Made by a program: the position numbers and the translations under genes. The notes under the pieces are model-generated. The model searched no databases and had not been told where the DNA came from. It saw only the letters and a list, made by a program, of their open reading frames with translations. A stretch of DNA of 64,000 bases, taken from Myxococcota bacterium. Its GTDB lineage: Bacteria > Myxococcota_A > UBA796 > UBA2385. The stretch covers positions 32,001 to 96,000 of the forward strand of contig JBIJDH010000002.1 of NCBI GenBank assembly GCA_044344255.1, given 5' to 3'. This document shows, one piece after another, positions 31,237 to 40,623 of this stretch (its first letter is position 1; each line of letters begins with the position of its first letter).

Positions 31237-32123
31237 GCGTGGTGACCTCGCTCGTGTTCCTCGTCTCGGTGCTGCGCATCGGCGTCCCCTACGTGCTCGC
31301 CGCCCTCGGCGGGACGGCCTCCGAGCGGGGCGGGGTGGTCAACATCGCCCTCGAGGGCATGCTGCTCACCGGCGCCTTCGGCTACGTGCTCGCCGCCCAC
31401 CTCACGGGCAGCCCCTGGCTCGGCCTGCTGGGCGGCCTGCTCGGCGGTGAGCTCGTGGCGCTGCTCCTGATCGTCGCTGTGGTGCGCCTCCGCGCCGACG
31501 CCATCGTCACCGGGGTCGCGCTGAACCTGCTCGCCGCCGCCGGCACGCGCTTCTGCCTCAAGCTCATCTGGGACTCCTCCTCCAACTCGGGGCGGGTGGA
31601 GGGCTTCCCCACGGCCCCCGGCGCCCTCGGCGGGCTGCTCCTGCAGCCGGTCTTCCTCCTCACCCTCGCGCTCGTCGGCCTCGCGCCGCTGCTGCTCTTC
31701 CGCACCCGCTTCGGGCTCCGCCTGCGGGCCTGCGGCGAGCACCCCGAGGCGGCGGCCTCCCAGGGCGTGTCAGTCGCGCGCACCCGCAGCGCGGGCGTGC
31801 TGCTCTCGGGCCTGCTCGCCGGCCTCGGCGGGGTCTGGCTGGCCGCCGAGCAGCACCAGTTCTCGGACGGCATGAGCGCGGGCCGCGGCTACATCGCCCT
31901 CGCCGCGATGATCACCGGCAAGTGGCACCCGCTCGGGGCGGCGGCGGCCTGCCTGCTCTTCGCGGGGGCGGAGGCGGCCCAGATCGCGCTCCAGGGGCAG
32001 GGGACGGGCATCCCGAGCCAGCTCCTGCAGATGCTCCCCCACGTGCTCACGCTCGTCACGCTGGTGGGCTTCATCGGGCGCTCTCGCGCGCCGGCGGCGC
32101 TCGGCCAGGTCGATCGGGGCTGA
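31233..32123 (+). CDS. Nucleoside ABC transporter permease
   Basis: SERGGVVNIALEG, GEHPEAA, GRGYIALAA. Confidence 0.92.
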   Translation: MSVVTSLVFLVSVLRIGVPYVLAALGGTASERGGVVNIALEGMLLTGAFGYVLAAHLTGSPWLGLLGGLLGGELVALLLIVAVVRLRADAIVTGVALNLLAAAGTRFCLKLIWDSSSNSGRVEGFPTAPGALGGLLLQPVFLLTLALVGLAPLLLFRTRFGLRLRACGEHPEAAASQGVSVARTRSAGVLLSGLLAGLGGVWLAAEQHQFSDGMSAGRGYIALAAMITGKWHPLGAAAACLLFAGAEAAQIALQGQGTGIPSQLLQMLPHVLTLVTLVGFIGRSRAPAALGQVDRG

Positions 32124-32142
32124 CCCCCCTCGGGACTCGGTG

Positions 32143-34203
32143 ATGTTGTCGCTCGCCCCCACCGTGATCCTCGGCGCGCTGCTGCTCTTCCTGGTGCAGC
32201 CGATCGTGGGGCGCGCGCTGATGCCCTGGCTCGGCGGCGCGCCTGCGGTCTGGACCACCTGCCTCGTCTTCTTCCAGCTCCTGCTGCTCGGCGGCTACGC
32301 CTGGTCCTTCGCGCTCAGCCGCCTGCCGCCCCGCCGCCGCACCGCGCTGCAGGCGGGCCTCGTCGCCCTCGCGGCCCTCTCCCTCGCCCTGGCCATCCCC
32401 GGCGGGGGCACGCCGCTCCTGCCCGCGCGCGCCGGGCTGGTCGCCCCCGAGGGCTCGCCGGTCGGGCCCCTGCTGCTCACGCTGCTGCGCCTCGTCGGCC
32501 TGCCGTACCTCGCGCTGTCCACCACCGGGCCGCTGCTCCAGGGCCTCGCGGCGACGCGCGTACCCGAGGCGCGTGTCTATCGCCTCTACTCCGCCTCCAA
32601 CCTCGGCTCCCTCGTGGCGCTGCTGCTCTATCCCGTGCTCTTCGAGCCCTGGCTGCGGCTCGCCACACAGGCCTGGCTCTGGGCGGGGGGCTTCGCGATC
32701 TGGGCGGTCGGGATGGGCCTCTGCCTCACCCAGACGGCGGGCGCGGCGCTGCCCGTGGTGCCGGCGGAGGCGGAGGCGCCGCCGGGGCGCTTCGGCCGCT
32801 GGGTCGCCCTCGGCGCCGCGGCCTCGGCCCTGCTCGTCGCTGTCACCGCGCAGCTCACCACCGAGGTGGCCCCGGTGCCCTTCTTGTGGGTCTTGCCGCT
32901 CGGCCTCTACCTGTTGAGCTTCGTCTTCGCCTTCGCCGGCGACCGCTGGGCGCCGCGGCGCCCGCTCCAGGCGGCCTGGCTTCTGCTCCTCCCCGTCGCC
33001 CTCTGGCTCCTCTCGCGCCCGCGCGAGATCGCAGTGCCGGTGCAGATCGTCGGCTGGTCTGCGGTGGTCTTTGTCGGAGCGATGTTGGCCCACGGCGAGC
33101 TCAGCCGCAGCCGCCCCGCCGCAGGGGACCTCAGCCGCTTCTACCTCGCGCTCTCCCTCGGGGGAGCCCTGGGCGGCCTCCTCCTCGGCGTCGGCGCGCC
33201 GGCGCTCCTCCCCATCCCGGTCGACGTCGAGGTGGCGCTCGTCTCCGTCACCGCCGCACTGGCCTTGTCGCGGGCGCGGCTGGCCCCCCGGCGGGAGCTG
33301 ATCACCCTGATCGGCGCCGTGCTGCTCCTCAACCTCGCCGCCGCGGGGCGGGCCGTGAAGTGGCAGCAGGGCCTCGTCTTCGCCCGTCGGGGCTTCTATG
33401 GTGCGCTCACGGTCCTCGAGGTGGCCGGCGACCGCGAGGGGAGCGCCGCCTACCTCCTCGCGCATGGCCACACGATGCACGGCGTGCAGTTCCGCGCCTC
33501 CCCGCGGCGCGAGGTGCCGGGGAGCTACTACGCCTCCGAGACCGCGGTCGGGCAGGCCCTCACCCTCCACCCTCGCCGGGCGCGCGGGGAGCCCCTGTCC
33601 GTCGGCGTCGTCGGCCTCGGCGTGGGGGTGCTGGCGGCCTACCTCGAGCGCGGCGACACGATGCGGGCCTACGAGATCAACCCCGACGTGATCACGATCG
33701 CCCGCGACCCCTCGCTGTTCACCTTCCTCTCCTCCGCCCGCGGACCGGTCGAGGTGAGGCTCGGCGACGGGCGGGTGACGCTGCAGCAAGAGCTCGACCG
33801 GGGCGAGGCGGGGGCCTTCGACGTGCTCGTGCTCGACGCCTTCTCCGGCGACAGCATCCCCACACACCTGCTCACCGTCGAGGCCCTGCGGCTCTGGCTC
33901 GCCCACTTGCGCGACCGGGAGTCTGTCATCGCGGTCAACATCTCCAACACCGCCCTCGACCTCGCGCCGGTGGTCTTCGCGACCGCCGCCGCGCTCGACC
34001 TGCCGGCGCGCCACGTCTTCACCGCCGCCCCCGATCCCCAGGACCTCGGGCTCCGGAGCTGCCACTGGGTGCTCCTGGGGCCGAGCGACCCCGCCGCCGC
34101 CCCCCGCTCACCGGCCCTCGACGCCGGAGACCAGGGGGTGCCGCTCGCCCTGCCGCCCGCCTGGACCGACGACAGGGCGCCGCTGCTCTCTGCGCTGCGC
34201 TGA
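32143..34203 (+). CDS. Fused membrane domain / spermidine synthase-like SAM-dependent methyltransferase
   Basis: LLFLVQP..GGAPAVW.T multi-TM N-terminus; HG.TMHG, VGLGVG, EINPDV, GDGR, LDAFSGD, WTDD. Confidence 0.85.
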   Translation: MLSLAPTVILGALLLFLVQPIVGRALMPWLGGAPAVWTTCLVFFQLLLLGGYAWSFALSRLPPRRRTALQAGLVALAALSLALAIPGGGTPLLPARAGLVAPEGSPVGPLLLTLLRLVGLPYLALSTTGPLLQGLAATRVPEARVYRLYSASNLGSLVALLLYPVLFEPWLRLATQAWLWAGGFAIWAVGMGLCLTQTAGAALPVVPAEAEAPPGRFGRWVALGAAASALLVAVTAQLTTEVAPVPFLWVLPLGLYLLSFVFAFAGDRWAPRRPLQAAWLLLLPVALWLLSRPREIAVPVQIVGWSAVVFVGAMLAHGELSRSRPAAGDLSRFYLALSLGGALGGLLLGVGAPALLPIPVDVEVALVSVTAALALSRARLAPRRELITLIGAVLLLNLAAAGRAVKWQQGLVFARRGFYGALTVLEVAGDREGSAAYLLAHGHTMHGVQFRASPRREVPGSYYASETAVGQALTLHPRRARGEPLSVGVVGLGVGVLAAYLERGDTMRAYEINPDVITIARDPSLFTFLSSARGPVEVRLGDGRVTLQQELDRGEAGAFDVLVLDAFSGDSIPTHLLTVEALRLWLAHLRDRESVIAVNISNTALDLAPVVFATAAALDLPARHVFTAAPDPQDLGLRSCHWVLLGPSDPAAAPRSPALDAGDQGVPLALPPAWTDDRAPLLSALR

Positions 34204-34501
34204 AGGGGACGACCGGAGCACCGTTCGGGGTCGGCCTGGTTCAAGCGGTTGCTCGGGTTCTGAAGTCCCCCGACAGGGTAGACACCGCTCCAAGTCGGGT
34301 GAACCAGGGACATGAACGCACACGACGAAGAGAGTCTGGTGGAGGACTGCGCCTCTGAGGAGGTATAACCTCGCTCATGGAGCGGCCCACGGCGAGGGCC
34401 TCAAGACCGGATAGGGTGGGGGAGCGCGTTGTTGCGCGGCCGCGGTGACCCCCTCGGGAGGTATGAGGGAGACATCGCGGACTTCACCTGGCGGTGGTCT
34501 G

Positions 34502-36196
34502 ATGCCCCTTTACTTCCAGAGCGTGAGCCTGTCTCGCTGCGGCGCCCTCGCGCTGCTCCTGGCTTGTACCTCGGGCTCCAAGGGAGTGGGAAGTTCCCGC
34601 AGCGGCGATGACGACACCTCCGCCGCCGAGGGCCTCGCCACCGACACGAGCATCACCGTGGGCGAGCCCGGTGTCGAGGACACCGACACGGGGCACGGCG
34701 ACGATGGGGGGCCGACCGACTCGGGACATGTCGACGACACCGGCTCGGGCTGCGCCGCCTGCACCGTCGTTGAGCTGGATGCGGGTGACTACACCACCCT
34801 GACTGCATCTTACGAACATCCTTCGATCACCGGGGGCACCTCCCTCGGCTACACCCTCGCCCTCACGAGCGACATCTGGGGCGACGGCCGGCCGGAGGTC
34901 GTGAGCAGCAGCTCGTATGTGGACGGCTACTACGGCGTCGCCACGACCTACATCTTCGACAGCGACTACTTCTCTTCGGGGCCGAAAGACGGCATCGCCA
35001 GCGACGAGGCCCGGATTCAGATCGACACCGAGAACCTCTCGGGGAACTCGATTCCGTTCGTGATCGGCGACATCGACGGAGACGGGCTCGATGAGCTGGC
35101 CCTCAGCCCTGATGGTTTGGGCTCCGAGTCGATCCTGCTCCGCGGGTCCAACGTCGCGATGCTCAGCGGGCACATCAAGCGGGAGGATCTCGTCGCAGAC
35201 ATGACCTTCACGAACTGCCCTCCCGGCTACTCTGGAGGCTTCGCGTTCGTCTACCGCTCGGGCTACCTCTCAGACCTGAGTGGTCTCAGCCCCGACCTTG
35301 TTGTGGACTGCTTCGGGACGATCGTAGTCGCTCATACGTCCGGTCTAGCTGACGGCATCGTGACAATGGCCGACGAGGGGCAGGTCCGCATCTACAACAC
35401 GGACGCCTGGGGCGGTGAGCCAGTGGTGGAGGATGACCGCCTGGGGCTACCAGAAGTGCTGGGAGATCTCGACGGCGACGGGCTCGACGAGCTCGGGATC
35501 GCAATGGGGACCACGACGGCCGCCTACAACTACGTCTTCTACGGGGGCTCGCTCGACTTCGAGAACCCCACCGCGGTGTTCGACGCCGACATCACCCTCG
35601 CCGCGCCCTCCACGATCTCGTGGGGAGACCACTACAGCTATTCCTTTACGACCAAACCGCTTGGGGACGTCGATGGGGACGGCGTCGCGGACGTACTCTG
35701 GTGCGCCGACTACGCTGAGGTCGGTGGGCGTGGAGACGTCGGCACCGCCTGGCTTTGGTCCGGGTCACGCCTCGCGTCACCAACGGTCGGGGACGTGGGG
35801 GACGCCGACGTCACCTTCACCGCGGAGATGTGGGGTGCTTCGGTTGGACAATCGGCGGCAGACGCTGGTGATGCCGACGGTGACAGCCTCAGTGATCTCC
35901 TCATCCACTCCACGGGGTATGACCCCGACGACTCGGATACGCCGAAGCCATTCGTGCACCTCGTTCGTGGAGCGGAGCTATCGGGAGGCGGTATCTACAA
36001 CCTCGAACACACTGGGTTGTCCTTCATCGGGACCGGGAGCGGACTTCCCAGGCGTGGTAGTGACACGGGCGAATATGTGGGTGGGCAAGACATAGATGGT
36101 GACGGCGTCAGCGATATCTTGATTGGAAACGGTGATTGGAGCAGAGGCGCCACTGGACGCATCTGGATGATCCCCGGCGGCACCCTCCCGCTGTGA
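34502..36196 (+). CDS. FG-GAP (integrin-alpha-like beta-propeller) lipoprotein, copy 1
   Basis: Lipobox LLLAC, Asp/Thr/Gly linker, repeated GD.DGDG..D/E motifs; start uncertain. Confidence 0.85.
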   Translation: MPLYFQSVSLSRCGALALLLACTSGSKGVGSSRSGDDDTSAAEGLATDTSITVGEPGVEDTDTGHGDDGGPTDSGHVDDTGSGCAACTVVELDAGDYTTLTASYEHPSITGGTSLGYTLALTSDIWGDGRPEVVSSSSYVDGYYGVATTYIFDSDYFSSGPKDGIASDEARIQIDTENLSGNSIPFVIGDIDGDGLDELALSPDGLGSESILLRGSNVAMLSGHIKREDLVADMTFTNCPPGYSGGFAFVYRSGYLSDLSGLSPDLVVDCFGTIVVAHTSGLADGIVTMADEGQVRIYNTDAWGGEPVVEDDRLGLPEVLGDLDGDGLDELGIAMGTTTAAYNYVFYGGSLDFENPTAVFDADITLAAPSTISWGDHYSYSFTTKPLGDVDGDGVADVLWCADYAEVGGRGDVGTAWLWSGSRLASPTVGDVGDADVTFTAEMWGASVGQSAADAGDADGDSLSDLLIHSTGYDPDDSDTPKPFVHLVRGAELSGGGIYNLEHTGLSFIGTGSGLPRRGSDTGEYVGGQDIDGDGVSDILIGNGDWSRGATGRIWMIPGGTLPL

Positions 36197-36406
36197 CGGG
36201 CTCGACGCGGTCGTCCTCCTCCGGGCCGCCTGCCCGATGACCCCCACCGGCACGCTCAGCGCGGCCTACGGCGAGGACCTCATCGTGCGCCAGGGGATGG
36301 GCGGCTCCTGACCGGATAGGGTGGGGGAGCGCATTGTTGCGCGGCCGCGGTGACCCCCTCGGGAGGTATGAGGGAGACATCGCGGACTTCACCTGGCGGT
36401 GGTCTG

Positions 36407-38101
36407 ATGCCCCTTTACTTCCAGAGCGTGAGCCTGTCTCGCTGCGGCGCCCTCGCGCTGCTCCTGGCTTGTACCTCGGGCTCCAAGGGAGTGGGAAGTT
36501 CCCGCAGCGGCGATGACGACACCTCCGCCGCCGAGGGCCTCGCCACCGACACGAGCATCACCGTGGGCGAGCCCGGTGTCGAGGACACCGACACGGGGCA
36601 CGGCGACGATGGGGGGCCGACCGACTCGGGACATGTCGACGACACCGGCTCGGGCTGCGCCGCCTGCACCGTCGTTGAGCTGGATGCGGGTGACTACACC
36701 ACCCTGACTGCATCTTACGAACATCCTTCGATCACCGGGGGCACCTCCCTCGGCTACACCCTCGCCCTCACGAGCGACATCTGGGGCGACGGCCGGCCGG
36801 AGGTCGTGAGCAGCAGCTCGTATGTGGACGGCTACTACGGCGTCGCCACGACCTACATCTTCGACAGCGACTACTTCTCTTCGGGGCCGAAAGACGGCAT
36901 CGCCAGCGACGAGGCCCGGATTCAGATCGACACCGAGAACCTCTCGGGGAACTCGATTCCGTTCGTGATCGGCGACATCGACGGAGACGGGCTCGATGAG
37001 CTGGCCCTCAGCCCTGATGGTTTGGGCTCCGAGTCGATCCTGCTCCGCGGGTCCAACGTCGCGATGCTCAGCGGGCACATCAAGCGGGAGGATCTCGTCG
37101 CAGACATGACCTTCACGAACTGCCCTCCCGGCTACTCTGGAGGCTTCGCGTTCGTCTACCGCTCGGGCTACCTCTCAGACCTGAGTGGTCTCAGCCCCGA
37201 CCTTGTTGTGGACTGCTTCGGGACGATCGTAGTCGCTCATACGTCCGGTCTAGCTGACGGCATCGTGACAATGGCCGACGAGGGGCAGGTCCGCATCTAC
37301 AACACGGACGCCTGGGGCGGTGAGCCAGTGGTGGAGGATGACCGCCTGGGGCTACCAGAAGTGCTGGGAGATCTCGACGGCGACGGGCTCGACGAGCTCG
37401 GGATCGCAATGGGGACCACGACGGCCGCCTACAACTACGTCTTCTACGGGGGCTCGCTCGACTTCGAGAACCCCACCGCGGTGTTCGACGCCGACATCAC
37501 CCTCGCCGCGCCCTCCACGATCTCGTGGGGAGACCACTACAGCTATTCCTTTACGACCAAACCGCTTGGGGACGTCGATGGGGACGGCGTCGCGGACGTA
37601 CTCTGGGGGGCGGAATACGCCGAGCTGGATGGGCAGGAGGATGTCGGCACCGCGTGGTTGTGGTCCGGTGCCCGCTTGGCCTCGCCCGGCGTCGTTGATG
37701 TCGGAGATGCTGACGTGACCTTCGTGGCGGACTTCCAGGCGGCGACCGTTGGACAGTCTGCTGCGGCTGTGGGCGATATTGATGGGGACGACCTCAGCGA
37801 CACTCTCATCCACGCTACGGGGTATGACCCAGACGACATGTACACCCAGGGTCCCTTCGTGCACCTCGTCTTCGGTGCCGAAATTGTGGGAGACGGGACC
37901 TACAACCTCGACCACGCTGGTATTTCGTTTTTGGCTGATGGGAGTGACTATCGGAAGAGTGGCTATGATCAGGGAGAATATGTTGGGGGTCGCGATGTGG
38001 ATGGAGATGGAGTTGACGACCTCCTGATCGGAAACGGCGACTGGGGCGGGGCGTACCTCGGTCGTATCTGGATGATCCCCGGCGGCACCCTCCCGCTGTG
38101 A
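36407..38101 (+). CDS. FG-GAP lipoprotein, copy 2
   Basis: Identical to copy 1 up to ..ADVLW, then a different C-terminal 164 aa. Confidence 0.85.
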   Translation: MPLYFQSVSLSRCGALALLLACTSGSKGVGSSRSGDDDTSAAEGLATDTSITVGEPGVEDTDTGHGDDGGPTDSGHVDDTGSGCAACTVVELDAGDYTTLTASYEHPSITGGTSLGYTLALTSDIWGDGRPEVVSSSSYVDGYYGVATTYIFDSDYFSSGPKDGIASDEARIQIDTENLSGNSIPFVIGDIDGDGLDELALSPDGLGSESILLRGSNVAMLSGHIKREDLVADMTFTNCPPGYSGGFAFVYRSGYLSDLSGLSPDLVVDCFGTIVVAHTSGLADGIVTMADEGQVRIYNTDAWGGEPVVEDDRLGLPEVLGDLDGDGLDELGIAMGTTTAAYNYVFYGGSLDFENPTAVFDADITLAAPSTISWGDHYSYSFTTKPLGDVDGDGVADVLWGAEYAELDGQEDVGTAWLWSGARLASPGVVDVGDADVTFVADFQAATVGQSAAAVGDIDGDDLSDTLIHATGYDPDDMYTQGPFVHLVFGAEIVGDGTYNLDHAGISFLADGSDYRKSGYDQGEYVGGRDVDGDGVDDLLIGNGDWGGAYLGRIWMIPGGTLPL

Positions 38102-38104
38102 AGC

Positions 38105-38225
38105 GCGACGCCCCATCGTGTCGAGCGCGCGCCCGCTCGCCCAGGCGCCAGAGAGGGCCTTCGATGCCTGGACCCGACGCGGAGATCGCTCCTCGGCGGG
38201 CTCCCGGGCCGTGTGGCCACCCCGA
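38105..38225 (-). pseudogene. Decayed fragment of the antitoxin 3' half
   Basis: Aligns by eye with about 38980-39098 (cccaggcgcc.gagagggccttc...gcctggacccgacgc...tcgctcctcggcgg.ctcccgggccgtg). Confidence 0.75.
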
Positions 38226-38227
38226 GG

Positions 38228-38611
38228 TCAGCCGGCGGCGCGGCGGGCCGGCGGGGGGCGGGCGGCGGCGCGGGCCTCCACCCCGGCGTAGGCGGCGTCG
38301 AAGCCGCAGGTGCAGGGGGTGAGATCGACCCGCAGCGCCTCGTAGCCCCGCCGCGACCAGGGTCGGGCAGGTGGGCCGGGCAGCTCGGGTGGTGCTGAAT
38401 GTAGGCCTCGAGCCGCAGCAGGCGGTCCCAGTCTTCGAGCAGGCCGAGGAGCTGCCGGCGGGTGATCCGCCCCTGGCCGGCGGGCCGGCTCAGCTCCTCG
38501 CGCAGCCGGCTCACGAAGGCGAGGTTCTGCGGGCTCGGCGGGGGCCTTTCAAGGGGCACCGAGCGGAGCGGGCGGAGGCGGGCGCTGGCGTGCAGGGGGA
38601 TCGGAGGGCAT
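38228..38611 (-). pseudogene. Decayed copy of the 162-aa hypothetical gene at 39298-39786
   Basis: Near-identical to 39298-39616, with an internal deletion of roughly 105-110 bp and 1-bp indels. Confidence 0.85.
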
Positions 38612-38699
38612 ACCCTCCTGAACCTGAGCGGATGACAGGTGTACAGCGACAGAGTGCGGACCTCGACCGCCGACCGACGCCTCGATCAGGCCCGCAGCC

Positions 38700-38939
38700 A
38701 GCCTCCCCGAAGAGCCGCGCGCTCGCGAGGTCGGGAGTGAGCACCGGGAGGGTGTGGAGGAACCGGACGACCAGGGCCGCGTTTGCCTCGGGCTTTGTCG
38801 ACTTCGCCGCGCCATAGAACAGCTCCGATGCGGTGACCCACGTCGTGGTGAGCTCGTCGAGCTCACGCGCGCTTCGCTCCAAGACCTCGGTGTGCCCCCG
38901 GAGGATCCCGATGCAGGTGTCCGAGTCGAGCACCTTCAC
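38700..38939 (-). pseudogene. vapC: Truncated VapC-family PIN-domain toxin (first ~80 codons)
   Basis: GTG-KVLDSDTCI...VTASELFYGAAKS...ARLFGE; homology stops and the frame runs into duplicated intergenic DNA. Confidence 0.8.
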
Positions 38940-39205
38940 AGGTCGATGTCTCGGCCGGCTGTACGCGCGGCGTAAAGGCTTGCCACTTCGTCGTCGAACG
39001 CGCGTTCGCTCACCCAGGCGCCCGAGAGGGCCTTCCAGGCCTGGACCCGACGCTGCGCTCGCTCCTCGGCGGACTCCCGGGCCGTGAGGCCCCCCTCGAT
39101 GAGGACCAGGGTCTCCTGGTTCAGGCTTCGGCGCTCGCGCGCCGCCACGGTGCGGAGCCGGTTGAGCAGCTCCTCCGGGACGTCCTTCAGGGTGAGCGAC
39201 GCCAT
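38936..39205 (-). CDS. Ribbon-helix-helix (FitA/Arc-like) antitoxin
   Basis: MASLTLKDVPEELL.RLR..AARERRSLNQE; GTGA overlap with the PIN gene; GGAGG SD. Confidence 0.85.
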   Translation of the reverse strand: MASLTLKDVPEELLNRLRTVAARERRSLNQETLVLIEGGLTARESAEERAQRRVQAWKALSGAWVSERAFDDEVASLYAARTAGRDIDL

Positions 39206-39218
39206 GTGCACCTCCGTG

Positions 39219-39251
39219 GTTCCATTGTGGTGCGGTAGTGGAGGAAGTCAA
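39219..39251 (-). promoter_or_regulatory. Probable toxin-antitoxin promoter/operator
   Basis: TTGACT-N16-CACAAT on the minus strand with a short CCA-N3-TGG dyad over the -10. Confidence 0.5.
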
Positions 39252-39297
39252 CCCAGACGTCGGCATCGTCCACTCGAAGTCCATTTGCGGCGCGGGG

Positions 39298-39786
39298 TCA
39301 GCCGGCGGCGCGGCGGGCCGGCGGGGGGCGGGCGGCGGCGCGGGCCTCCACCCCGGCGTAGGCGGCGTCGAAGCCGCAGGTGCAGGGGGTGAGATCGACC
39401 CGCAGCGCCTCGTAGCCCCGCCGCGACCAGGGATCGGGCAGGTGGGCCGGGCAGCTCGGGTGGTGCTGAATGTAGGCCTCGAGCCGCAGCAGGCGGTCCC
39501 AGTCTTCGAGCAGGCCGAGGAGCTGCCGGCGGGTGATCCGCCCCTGGCCTGCGGGCCGGCTCAGCTCCTCGCGCAGCCGGCTCACGAAGGCGAGGTTCTG
39601 CGGGCTCGGCGGGGGCCCGCAGCTCTGCTCACCGGTCTGGTGGCGCAGCGCCTCGCGGAAGCGCTCGACGCGGTCGATCTCGTCGAGGAGGGCCTGGAGG
39701 TCTTCCCCGTCGAAGCGGACCCGGCCGAGGGGCACCGAGAGGAGCTGGCGGAGGCGGGCGCTGGCGTGCAGGGGATCGGAGGGCAT
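39298..39786 (-). CDS. Hypothetical protein with HxxxC...CxCG motif
   Basis: GGAGG-like SD before ATG; QHHPSCP...PCTCGF. Confidence 0.65.
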   Translation of the reverse strand: MPSDPLHASARLRQLLSVPLGRVRFDGEDLQALLDEIDRVERFREALRHQTGEQSCGPPPSPQNLAFVSRLREELSRPAGQGRITRRQLLGLLEDWDRLLRLEAYIQHHPSCPAHLPDPWSRRGYEALRVDLTPCTCGFDAAYAGVEARAAARPPPARRAAG

Positions 39787-39861
39787 ACCCTCCTGATACT
39801 GAATGGATGAGCAGGTGTCCAGCGCCCGTGTGCGGTCCTCGGCCGCCGGCCGGCGCCGCGA

Positions 39862-40623
39862 TCAGGCCCCGTGGCGCCCCTGGCCGGCCGCGAAGCGCCC
39901 CGCGCCCTCGGCGACGTCGGCGGTGAGGGCCGCCATGCCGTGGCGGAGCTCGTTCTGGATCGCCTCGGAGAAGGAGAGGTCTGCGCTCTCGTAGGCGCTG
40001 AGCCGATCGCCGCGGAGGGCCGCTTGGGGGAGGGCGGCGAGGGCCCGGGCCAGGGTGAGGGCGGCCTCGAGGGCCTGGCCGTCGGGGACGACGCGGTGGA
40101 CGAGCCCGATGGCCAGGGCCTCCTCGGCCCGGACGGGGCGGCCGGTGAGGATGAGGTCGAGGGCGCGGGAGAGGCCGATCAGGCGGGGGAGGCGGATCGT
40201 GCCACCGTCGATGAGGGGCACGCCGAAGCGCCGGCAGAAGACCCCGAGCACCGCGCTCTGCTCGGCGACGCGCAGATCGCACCAGAGGGCGAGCTCGAGG
40301 CCGCCGGCGACGGCGTGGCCGGCGATGGCGGCGATGACGGGCTTGCCGAGGACCATGCGGGTGGGGCCGAGCGGCCCGTCTCCGTCGGGCTCGACGCGGT
40401 TGAAGGTGCCCGCGTGGATGGCCTGGAGGTCAGCCCCGGCGGAGAAGGCGCCGCCCTCGCCCCACAGGACGGCGACGGCGGCCTCGGGATCGGCGTCGAA
40501 GGCGCGGGCGGCCTCGGCCAGCGCACCCGCGGTGTCGCGGTCGATGGCGTTTCGCCGCTCGGGGCGAGACAGGGTGATCACGGTGACGGGGCCTTGTTTC
40601 TCGACTCGAACGGCGCTCGGCAT
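39862..40623 (-). CDS. Enoyl-CoA hydratase/crotonase family protein
   Basis: RPERRNA, FSAGADL, GHAVAGGLELALWCD, GVPLIDGGT. Confidence 0.93.
   Translation of the reverse strand: MPSAVRVEKQGPVTVITLSRPERRNAIDRDTAGALAEAARAFDADPEAAVAVLWGEGGAFSAGADLQAIHAGTFNRVEPDGDGPLGPTRMVLGKPVIAAIAGHAVAGGLELALWCDLRVAEQSAVLGVFCRRFGVPLIDGGTIRLPRLIGLSRALDLILTGRPVRAEEALAIGLVHRVVPDGQALEAALTLARALAALPQAALRGDRLSAYESADLSFSEAIQNELRHGMAALTADVAEGAGRFAAGQGRHGA

Larger units (their letters stand above)
34405..38101 (+). repeat. Tandem duplication with 1905-bp period
   Basis: 34405-35701 matches 36310-37606 (one mismatch seen, 34428 vs 36333); 3' parts diverged; last 36 bp identical. Confidence 0.95.

Noticed and set aside
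25189..34065. Long minus-strand ORFs (766, 682 and 664 aa) opposite mutS2, the ABC genes and the methyltransferase
   Set aside because: Shadow ORFs of clearly recognisable plus-strand genes
35702..38101. Diversity-generating retroelement TR/VR pair
   Set aside because: Differences between the copies affect all four bases and include many synonymous changes, so they are not adenine-specific; no reverse transcriptase is in the window
34204..39868. Integron cassette array or IS-mediated duplication
   Set aside because: No attC-like sites, integrase, transposase or target-site duplication recognised
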